From contig NC_057719.1 in assembly GCF_004010195.1 (NCBI RefSeq), positions 25,382,809 through 25,427,741 of the forward strand: a stretch of DNA of 44,933 nucleotides, in the 5' to 3' direction. Both the position numbers and the translations under genes were made by a program. The DNA is from Chiloscyllium plagiosum. Lineage: Eukaryota. The notes under the pieces are model-generated. The model had not been told where the DNA came from, ran no database searches, and was given only the letters and a program-made list of their open reading frames with translations. Within the stretch, counting starts at the first letter, position 1; the number at the start of each line of letters is the position of its first letter. This document shows, piece after piece, positions 24,035-33,697 of this stretch.

Positions 24035-24077
24035 CTCACTGATGATGTTACCTCGTCATGGTGATGAAACATCTGAG
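24035..24077 (+). ncRNA. Minimal hammerhead motif (family A)
   Basis: ctca-CTGATGA-t-gttacc(tcgtcat)ggtgat-GAAACATC-tgag, with stem I ctca/tgag. Confidence 0.75.
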
Positions 24078-24399
24078 AACACACCTTTCAGCTCAGCGAG
24101 CTGACTTTACATACATATCATCAACGTGAGCTACAAATCTTCTCAAAAATTGCTAATTGCCAGTTGATGGTAAACCCTGGACTAACCACCCTTATTGAGC
24201 AAGATATTTGAAGGTGAAGGCCTGGTCTTGATTATTCTATTCTGTCATCAGTTCCCTCTCACGTGTTTTTATGTCATTTACTACCAACTCACAACTACCA
24301 CAGCCCACTGCCAACACAATGCACGTGCAAAAGTCACTTTAATACATTGCATAAATAGGGCATAGTTTGTTCATGGTGACGTTGGCAGATGAAGTGCTG

Positions 24400-24960
24400 A
24401 CTCAGAAAACCACTTTGTCTTGGATAGTGTCGAACTTCTTGAACTGCTACATCCATCATGCTGAATGAAATATTGATGTCAGGGAAATTAGTGATGGTTG
24501 TGCCATTGAATGTCAAAGTGGTTGAACTCTCTTATTGGAGGTGATTAATCATGCCTGGTACAAATGTTTTAAAACCAAGCCAAGCTGTCCTGCAGGTCCA
24601 TTGCATACTGGTATGGATTGCTTCATTAGTTGAGAACTTATGAATGGAACTAACAGTGCGTAATTATCAGTGACCAATCCCAGCATGAAACATTATGATG
24701 GGGTGAAGTCCTCACTAAAGTAGTTACGTCTAGGACACTACAATGAGAAACCCCTGTGTGGATAACCTGACTGACCTCCAATAACCACAACAAGTCTTCT
24801 TTTTGCCTGTTAATGAGTTTATCCATTGGAAAACTTTCTGTGTAATCTTCATTGACTTCAGTGTTATGTTAGCTATAAAATTTAATCCAACGCTACCTTT
24901 ATGTTGTCACTAGTAACTCCCACCTTCTCAGTGAAAAGGCCACTTGATATCACTGAGGAT
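24400..24960 (-). mobile_element. Very old copy of the family-2 CR1/L2-group LINE
   Basis: Patchy colinear similarity to 16570-17680 (ccattgaatgtcaa; attgcttcattag; ccattggaaaactttc; attgacttcagt); MTFNGTTIT motif. Confidence 0.55.
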
Positions 24961-25983
24961 TACTATTTCTACCACTTTATAGCTGGTGGGAGTGAGATGT
25001 GCAGAGGAGCCCAACATGCTCTTGCTGCCTGGAGCCTTGAAGATTTAGAGTTTCTCTCTGCCACTGGGTCATCATTGTCTCTAAGCTAGTGAAGTACTTT
25101 CGAAGTTGTAGTCAGTGTTGCAATGATGTTAATATGGATGGCAGCAGTATGAGGCACAGACTGCCCGAGGGTGACTGCAGTATGGGCATTCACTTCAAAT
25201 ATGATATGAACATCCCAAAATGTTTGGAGTTCCGTCATTCAGCTTAGTTTTTAGGTTTTATTCTTTCAAATTTTGACAATAAAAGTACCTTTACGGTTAA
25301 AAACAGTTCAAGGTTCAATTAACCTCTGACTTTTTCATCCAAGGTTTAAAACCTACCTTTAAGTAATAAATAACACACATTGTAGAAAGTAAAAAGGCCT
25401 GTCCATTAGGGGAGATCAATAAAACTCCAATCCTTATAATGGAAGTGGGTTGAAATAAGAAGAACTCTAAATGAATTGCTTATTTCCATAAGTGGAATTA
25501 GCCATCAGTACTACATTGTTGAATGGTAATGCATTAAATAATGAATTACTTTAAACATGTCTCTTGAGAGCCCAGAATTTTACCATCTACAATTCAGATG
25601 GTTGGTTTTGCATATAACTTTCTTTTTGTTTGGATTATTTATTGCCCTGTCAGTCCTGTACATTTTGTACTCCTCATTCCCACATAGTGGGTGGTTTTGT
25701 TGGTCTCAGCAATATTCCAGTGTGACTGTGAGGAATAAAAATGAATTACTGCCCATCAATCAGAGCTGATCAAATTAAAAGCAAAGATCCCTATTATGGC
25801 AGTAGAGACTCTCAGCTCAGATATGGAAACAGGTTTTGTGGCTGGAATTTTACCTCCAAGAAAGAGATGGGTTAGAATATAAAATAACCTGAGTCGTACT
25901 CATCACCTCCCATCCAAAGTACCCACTTCCGGCACTAATGGGCCCAAGACAGGAATATTAAATATTATAACAAGGCTGTGTGC

Positions 25984-26052
25984 ATCATGTTTAAAACTTC
26001 TTTCATGGGAAGAGGGGTGACCTCTTCCCATGAAAGAAGTTTTAAACATGAT
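25984..26052. repeat. Perfect inverted repeat, 32-bp arms, 5-nt loop
   Basis: atcatgtttaaaacttctttcatgggaagagg-ggtga-cctcttcccatgaaagaagttttaaacatgat, no mismatches. Confidence 0.97.
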
Positions 26053-26721
26053 TGCCCTTGAGAAGGTGGTGCTGTGTTTAATTGAATCACCATTTTAAAC
26101 TTATCGCTGGAAAGTCAGCTTTCCAACGCTTCAGGAAAGCAGCAGCAAAAATCAAGTGTACAATGTCGAATCCAGAAGGGAAAGCCATTGACCCATATGC
26201 TTGGTGCAGCAGCGTTTGCCTCGAAAATGTCCTGAAATAGGATACACTCCCATTAACCTTGCAATCTTGACATCCCCAAATCTTAAGTTATCCAACTGCT
26301 CCCACCACCCAGCTCAACCAAGCTCTCCAATACTACCACCAAGTCTCCAATAACAGCATTCCTCCAGGCCAGCAGCTTATCCTTTGCCCTTCCTTCATCA
26401 GTTATCCTCAATTCCTAGCCTCCGACCTCAGCCTGAGGTCTCTGCTACCCCTTCCAGCTCTGTTTCGGCAACCATTCTTCCACCAATGATCCTTGATCTC
26501 TCCCCAAGGAACCCAAACACTGACTTGACTACTCCGGGAGAGTGTGGACATGGGAGGGTGAGGTTATGGGAAAGGGAGGGGGATTGAAGAAGTGTGATAT
26601 CATGGTAAATCTCGCTAGGGCTAAGGGAGAGGAACCCTCTATAAGGCTCCCTGAAATGGAAACTTAGCCAATTTCTCTTGAAATTCAGCCCTATGTGTTC
26701 ATTGTCAATGTCCTTCAATGG

Positions 26722-26998
26722 CATAGAGTCATAGAGCATGGAAACAGATCCTTCGGCCCAGTTGTCCCTGCCACCAAACTAAACTTGTCCCACTTGCCTG
26801 CATTTGGCCCATATCCATCCAAACCTTTCCTATTCATGTACTTATCCAAATATCTTTTAAATGTCGTAACAGTACCTGTATCCATCACTTCCTCTGGCAG
26901 TTCATTCCACATACAAACCACTCCCTGAGTAAAAACGTTGCCCCTCATGTCCTTTTTAAAACCTTCTCCTCTCACCTTACAACTATGCCCCCTAGTTG
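26722..26998 (-). mobile_element. CR1/HER1-like LINE 3' end
   Basis: ORF 26715-27014 (TRGHSCKVRGEGFKKDMRGNVFTQGVVCMWNELPEEV..GYGPNAGKWD) plus tail. Confidence 0.9.
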
Positions 26999-27029
26999 AG
27001 GTTTGTGTTTCCAAATGAAAGTCTGCCCA

Positions 27030-27550
27030 GTTGGAACCCAGAGGGGTCAGTGTTGGGGCCTTTGCTGTTTGCGGTTTATATAAACGGACTGAATGTAGGA
27101 GGGTTGACAGAAAGTTTGCAGATGATCCAAAATTGGTTGGGTGGTAAATACTGAGGAGGATAGCCTTAGATTATAGGAGGATATAGACAGACTGATCATA
27201 TGGACTGACCAGTTGGAAATGAAATTCAGATAAATGTGAGGTGGTGCACTTGGGAAAGACAAACAGGGCAATAGAATACATGATGAACAACAGTACCCTG
27301 GGAAGCACAAATGATTCCAGTGTGACAGGGCCTTGATATGCATGTACACCAATCTCTTAAGCTATTAGGACAGGTGGACAAAGTAGTTAAGAAAGCATAT
27401 AGTATACTTACCTTTATTAGCCAAGGCATAGAATTTTAGAGCAGGGAGATAATGCAGGAACTATATAAAACATTGGTTAGGTGTCGCATTGTGTGTAGCA
27501 TTGGAATCTAAATTTTGGGAGGGATGTGATAGCACTGGAGTGAGTGCAGG
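27030..27550 (+). mobile_element. CR1-like LINE RT fragment, decayed
   Basis: GxPxGSVLGPLLF..YIN, KFADD.K, KCEVVHLG and KAYSILTFISQGIEF motifs across frameshifts. Confidence 0.82.
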
Positions 27551-27662
27551 GGAAAGTTAATAAGAACCATTGATGGGAATAGGTTGTTTGGCCCATAAGG
27601 TTAAATAAAAGGTGAGCTGCAACAACCTGCACAGTGAAGAAAGAAGGAACTTTCATCCTTAA

Positions 27663-28348
27663 CGTGCCACAGCAAGGAACCGTAATGACCTCCTCAGGAG
27701 ACAGACACGTGCTGCAACTGAGAGGGTACCCTTCGTTGTTCAGTAGTTCTCAGGAGCTGAAAAATTACGCCATATTCTTCGTGACCTGCAACACATTATC
27801 AATGAGGATGAGCACCTCACCCAGACCTACCCACACCTGCACTACTTGCCTTTAAACAACCGCCAAACCTCAAACAGATCATTGTTCGTAGCAAACTGCC
27901 CGGCTCTCAGGACAACTCCATACAACCCTGTCACGGTGGACACTGCAAGACGTGTCATATTGTGGACTTAGATACCACTATTACACGTGGGAACACCTCC
28001 CACCTTGTACATGGCAGGTGCTCATATGACTCAGCCAACGTTGTCTAGCTTATACGTTGCAGGCAAGGATGCCCGGAGGCATGGTACATTGGGGAAACCG
28101 AGCAAAGGCTACGACAATGGATGAATGGGCACTGCACAACAATCAACAGACAGGAGGGTTCCCTACCAGTTGGGGAACACTTCAGTGGTCCAGGACATTC
28201 AGCCTCGGACCTTCGGGTGACCATCCTCCTAGGTGGACTTCGGGACAGGCAGCAGAAGAAAGTGGCCGAGCAGAGGCTGATAGCTAAGTTCGGTACCCAT
28301 AGGGAGGGCCTCAACTGGGACCTTGGGTTCATGTCACATTACAGGTGA
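27663..28348 (+). pseudogene. PLE ORF C-terminus: RT-EN linker, Cys motif and GIY-YIG endonuclease (stops/frameshift)
   Basis: RVPFVVQ*..LLAFKQPPNLKQIIVRSKL..PCHGGHCKTCH..SANVV*LIRCRQGCPEAWYIGETEQRLRQWMNGH..PVGEHFSGPGHS..EQRLIAKFGTHREGLN. Confidence 0.9.
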
Positions 28349-28360
28349 TCACCATTGCAC

Positions 28361-28602
28361 TACACACACACACAGATATTCCTACACACACATACTCTCA
28401 CATACACATGGACACAGGTACACACAGACATGCACACAGACACCCACACACACCCTTATAGACACACACACTCCCACACATGCACCCCCTCACAGACTTA
28501 AGACACTCTGCACTCACTACACACACACACACTTTCTCACACACACGACCCCCACCCCAGACAGACACACACACACAGACAGACAAAGACCCACATTCAC
28601 AC
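28361..28602. repeat. Degenerate (CA)n-rich tract inside the PLE 3' region
   Basis: Interrupted acacac runs immediately after the PLE stop codon. Confidence 0.9.
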
Positions 28603-29000
28603 GTATATTTTGTGGGGTGAATTTGTACTGGCAGAGTTACATTGTACTTTGCTCAAAAATTGCATGCATTCATGTAGAACTCTGAGCTCAAAAACTGTAT
28701 GAATTTATGTAAAACTGTTATCTCACTTTTTAGATTAGAATCAATCTAAACATCATGGCATAGAACAGGGGCCAACACCTTCAACATATTGTCTAGCTAT
28801 CACCATTGTTAATAGCTAACCCGAGAATGCAACTTTAAAAAAAAGGTTTTGTGATTTACACATGAAAGAAGTGAAACTATCACTGTATTCTAACAGATGA
28901 AAGGCTTAACAGGCAATCAATTTTTCAATGTATAATTTCAGTTACATCACACTGTAAATTTTTGCTATAATTTCTGTGTTACGATCGAGCCCTCCACTAT

Positions 29001-29035
29001 CACCTGATGAAGGAGCGTCGCTCCGAAAGCTAGTG
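29001..29035 (+). ncRNA. Minimal hammerhead ribozyme motif (family B), best-preserved copy
   Basis: cac-CTGATGA-a-ggagc(gtc)gctcc-GAAAGCTA-gtg: full core, 5-bp stem II, AGCT palindrome in place of stem III, predicted cleavage after A29032. Confidence 0.85.
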
Positions 29036-29995
29036 TGCTTCCAATTAAACCTGTTGGACTATAACCTGGTGTTGTGTGATTTTTAACTTCATCCTTAAAG
29101 TTCTGCTTCTGTTGTAAGGATACACGGCACAGCAAATTTTATTTTACTTAAGTGCAATGGCTGAGATCAATATTATGTCTCATAAAACTCATTTATGAGC
29201 AAAAGAGGTTTAGTCATTCTTGTGTATAAAATTGTTTGTATTTTAAGTAAGTTATCATAGCCTTTCTAGTCTAAATGTTGTTCATTTAAATACATTTCTG
29301 CATTTCCTTTTGAAAGAACTATTAAAATTGCCAGGTATTGCAAGAATAGTTACCAGGTTATATTCTGAAATCTAAACATTTCTGAAAGTGTACTTTGGAA
29401 TAACTTCCAACAGAAAGTGCTAACATTTAACCTTTTATTTTTTCCATGTTGTACCATACAAAGAAGCTAACTTCCTTGTTCAAAATGTTATGGATCATGC
29501 AGAACAGGAACAGGCCATTCAGCCCAACCTGTCCATGGTGACATTTGCACCTAATCAAGCCTTCTCCCATCCTTTTCTTCTTCTCTTCTTTCTCAGACAT
29601 TTATCCAGCCTTCCCATAATGAATTTGTACTCGTCACCTAACTACTTCATGTCGTAATGAATTCAACATTCTCACTCCTCTCTGGTGAAAGAGTCTTCTT
29701 TTGATTTCTCTATACAGATTTTTGGTGGCTGCGTATTGATAACCTATCAGCATTATACCATCTCACAAGTGGAAGCACCTTTATTCCTACTTTGATGAAA
29801 ATCTTTTATAATCTTAAAAATATTTGCTAGGGCACTCCAATAGTTCTGTAAATTGTCAAGTTGTAACAAAATGAAAACTCTCCATGTATTCACTGAGACT
29901 CCCTGCTTTTTGGACAATGTTAGAACATGACAAATTATCCTCAGTGTATGTTGGTGTTGATGTGGGTACATTGACAGGAAGATGCATCTAATGGC

Positions 29996-30113
29996 CATGA
30001 TTTGGAGATGCCAGTGTTGGACTGGGGAGTACAAAGTTAAAAATCACGTAACACCATGTTATAGTCCAACAGGTTTATTTGGAAGCACTGCACCTTCATC
30101 AGGTGGTTGTGTG
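29996..30113 (-). mobile_element. Short family B element with tail, internally deleted core
   Basis: Same 40-nt tail start (catgatttggagatgcc) as 4654. Possible decayed 15-bp TSD gatgcatctaatggc / gatgcttccaactgc (11/15). Confidence 0.82.
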
Positions 30114-30654
30114 GATGCTTCCAACTGCAAACAAGTGAGCTATCGAATGATGATGATGAAGTAAGTGTATGTAACAAGGTATGAGGAATTTAATATTATC
30201 AAGTACAGAACTGGGGCATTTTCTGAATATGATATACCTTGTTATAACAGCATACTTATTTTGCAAAAGAAGTTCATTGGTTTAGCTGACGAGATGTGTG
30301 GTTTAAGTTTCAGATTGATCAACAATGAAGGTGCAAGTCCTGTTCTGATTGAGGGAGACTGCGGCTTCCTTTCCTGCTTGTCCCATGCTCAATGCAGAAT
30401 GAATCAATGCAACCTCTGACCAATAAAGGAAAATGTCGATGGACCCTCATGGACATTAGCTGATGTCTGCAAGGAAAATTCAATTATATTGTGACTAATC
30501 CTTTTAGTTTAACATTTGGCTAAAGCAACCAGCAACAAAGAGTGATCCATAGTGTTTGAGAAACTTAAGTTCCAAGTTAAAGACTGTGTGAATTTTAATG
30601 CTTTTGTCGCGCAAGGTTCTATCATTTGTGAACAGCATTTTAAACTAATGTGGC

Positions 30655-31845
30655 AGAAGAGAAGACTAGTAGACAATGAGATGGAAACTAGAGACTGTAA
30701 GGATCATGAATTTAGCATTACCAAGGGGAAGAGTAGGCAGAGAGCAGATGAATGCAAAAGAACTGGTGGCCTAAAGTGCATATACTTCAATGCAAGGAGT
30801 ATAGTATGTAAGGCAGATGAACTTAGGGCTTGGATTGGTGCCTGGGAATATGATGTTATTGTGATCACAGAGACTTGGTTGAAGGAAGGGCATGATTGGC
30901 AACTAAATGTTCCAGGATATGTATGCTTCAGCCAAGACAGGGAGGGAAGTAGGGGGGGGGGGGGGGGGGTGGGGTTGCATTGCTGGTCAGGGATGATATC
31001 ACGGCTGTGCTAAAGGAGGACACTATGTAGGGCTTAAGCAGTAAGGCATTATGGGTAGAGCTGAGAAATAAGAAGTTACATTGTTGGAGCTGTATTACAG
31101 GCCTCCCAACAGTGAGCATGAGGTAAAAGAACAAATAGGTAAACAGTTTATGGAAGGATGTAGAGGCCATAGGGTAGTGGTGATGGGAGATTTTAATTTT
31201 CCTAACATTGACTGGGATACACTTAGTGTCAGAGGTCTGGATGGGGCAGAATTTGTAAGGAGTGTCCAGGAAGGTTTTCTAGAGCAATGTCAGTGTCAAT
31301 AGTCCGATGAGGGAAGGGGCCATATTGTGCTGGTGTTGGGGAATGAGCCAGGACAGGTGGTAGAAGTTGCAGTGGAAGATTTCTTTGGGAACAGTGACCA
31401 CAATTCTGTAAGTTTTAGAATTCTCGTAGATAAAGATGAGAGTGGTCCTAAGGGAAGAGTATTAAACTGGGCCAAGGCCAATTATATCAGAATTCAGCAG
31501 GAGCTAGGAAAAGTGGATTGGGAACAGCTGTTTGAAGGGAAGTCCACATTTGATATGTGAGAGACTTTCAAAGATAGATTGAAGATAGGGCAGGATAGGC
31601 ATGTCCTTTTGAAAACAAGGGAAAGGAAAGGCAAGATTTGTGAACCGTAGATGACAGGAGAAATGATGCAACTAGCCAAGAGGAAAAGGGAAGCATACAT
31701 AAGGTCCTGGCCGTTAAGAACAGAACGGGCCTTGGAGGAATATCGGGAGAGTAGGACCAAACTTAAACGAGGAATCAAGCGGGCTAAAAGGAGTCACGGA
31801 ATAACTTTAGTGAGCAGAATTAAGGAGAATCCCAAGGCCTTTTAT
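30655..31845 (+). mobile_element. CR1-like LINE fragment: ORF2 APE endonuclease and linker, 3' portion missing
   Basis: GLKCIYFNARSI..KADELRAWI..YDVIVITETWL; YYRPPN..VVVMGDFNFPNIDW; FGNSDHNSVSF; IKENPKAFY. Contains stops and frameshifts. Confidence 0.92.
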
Positions 31846-33179
31846 TCTCAATACAGAGAAAGCAAAATCTGATTCTGCAACCAAAACGGGATTCTTCTTA
31901 GCACTTGAATGATGTTGGCATTGTTGACAGAGTTAGCAAAATCAGCATAAATGAGATATTCAACATCAAGAGCAAAAAAGCCCCATTCTCCAATCAAGTG
32001 TTGAATGGCAAGATGAGAATCTTATCAGAATGTATGTATGGAGAGAGAAACAGAGTTAAGGTTTCAAAGCCAATTTGACTTCTTTGGAATTTGTCTGTAT
32101 TTGCCACTGACAATATGTATCCCGAGAACCCGATGACTCCTGAGGTGGGTTTTTCTCTCGTTTTTGGTTCTGCCAAGAAGTTTCCTACACTTTATGTAAA
32201 ATCTAGTCCATACAGTCTACAGCATAGAAACAAGCCATATGTCCCAATCAGTCTATGCCTAACATAATTCTCTTCAATGTTTTACATATAAAGAAATGTA
32301 ATTCTAGTCCCATTTCAAGGATATGAAGTCTTAGAATCATAGTGAAATGTACCATCAATATTCAACTTCCAGAATTTGACTTTCATACTCTGGACATCCA
32401 TGGACTAAAAATGCTTTTTTAACAAAGGAATCTGCAGACCTATATGGCTGCTATGATCACCTGATCACTCAAGGCAACCCACATGGAATATAAAAGAACT
32501 GGCTGCCTCAGAATTACTATTTTATTCACAAGGCACTGAAACTCAATGAGGCACTTGCATGCCAACTACATATTTTGGAGATGGAAAGTTAATGGCTTAG
32601 CATTCAGTTTGAGACAGACAATGGAGCTAGATTTCGAATGTACCATGGAACCATTTTTCAGTAGCTTGCTTTGAGTAACAAACGGGAGTGCGAAAGCAAC
32701 ATAGACTGATAACAGCAAGGGTACTGGAAACTTTTCTTTCTCTCAGTTATATTAAATTATAGAAACTGGCACTATTGAAAAATCAACTTAAAAAAATCGC
32801 TCACTGAGAATTCAAGATCTACAAATTTCATCACTGCTGAAGACAGTAACTAAACAGGTGGGCTTAGGTTCAAGTTTTTCATTCTCACAAACTTCTAACA
32901 AGGGACTCTTATGGTCTGTAACTGCATTTGCCTTTGTCACCCTGTGTACTAGTGACCTGTACTCCACTTATTTTTGAGCCCATTGTGTGTGTGTTTATTG
33001 TCACATTTTGTTATTTGTTTCCAGGTAGTAGATAGTAAAATTCCACTCTCCTCCACTCAAGAAAACTCAAGAATAGGCTGTCTCTCAATTTTAATCTGGT
33101 TAACTGAGTTGAATTGAAGTGTGATAGCTGCTTGCTAAAAAAAAATGCTGTTAGGGGTTTCAAAAAAGGAAGCCATTTC

Positions 33180-33515
33180 CACTCCTCATCTGGCGGCAAC
33201 AGAGTACATAATCTTTGGTACAGCATTGAGCAGGTGCAACAATTGGGTTAAATTCTAAACTATGAGTTGTCTGCTCATACAGGTGCAAAAAAGTATCACC
33301 TAGGATTGTCTGAAAAATGTCAGATGAGTCTTTTTAGTGCCCTGAATCAACTTCATGAAAACTGATTGACTGATCTTTAATCTTACTTATATTTGTGTTC
33401 TTGCTGTGTACAAATATGATGCCAACGTTTTCCTACCTTGTACTTAAAAAAGAAATTGATTTGCTGGAAGGATCTTTGGGATGTCTTAAGATTTTGAAGG
33501 ACACTAATTTAATAA
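33180..33515 (+). mobile_element. Very old Deu-domain SINE remnant
   Basis: Decayed cttgctgtgtacaaat..gcc..cgttttcctac..cttaaaaa..tgatttgctg..ctttgggatgtctt..gaagg.cacta resembles the DeuSINE core and tail. Confidence 0.45.
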
Positions 33516-33697
33516 TTTTTAAAATATTTCTATCTCAGCAAGGACCGTGGACCTGAAATTTAAGGGGGCAGATATTGCAATCCTGATACTAAGATCACAA
33601 TTTAGGGCAGAATGTAGATCTTCCTGGTTTTCACACCATTTATCCTGTGAATAATAGTTAATTTGATTTGTAAGACTCATCAAAATCATTAATTGTG

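Larger units (their letters stand above)
23190..24155. mobile_element. Penelope-like element (Poseidon-like, family A) with inverted pLTRs flanking a GIY-YIG remnant
   Basis: Minus strand KPTNTLKQRLMNLKD..NVIYKKPCKDCK..GQT..SIHTDREGHCFDWDNT..SINKHI (~23350-23945). pLTR arms ~23193-23340 (-) and ~23960-24114 (+), ~41-nt tail, possible 8-bp TSD a(c/t)tgccag. Confidence 0.85.
27663..29087 (+). mobile_element. Penelope-like element (Neptune-like, family B), 5'-truncated, 11-bp TSD
   Basis: TSD ttcatccttaa at 27652-27662 and 29088-29098. Contains a linker + GIY-YIG coding remnant, a CA-rich 3' region and a hammerhead-bearing terminus. It is the parent of the short family B copies. Confidence 0.92.

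Noticed and set aside
28323..28685. 120-aa His/Thr-rich ORF
   Set aside because: Translation artefact of the CA-rich tract.
32035..32090. Further hammerhead-like remnant (minus strand ccaaagaag..gaaacctt), and a related stub at 9606-9680
   Set aside because: Probably a fourth, older PLE-terminus family, but too decayed to support a ribozyme call.
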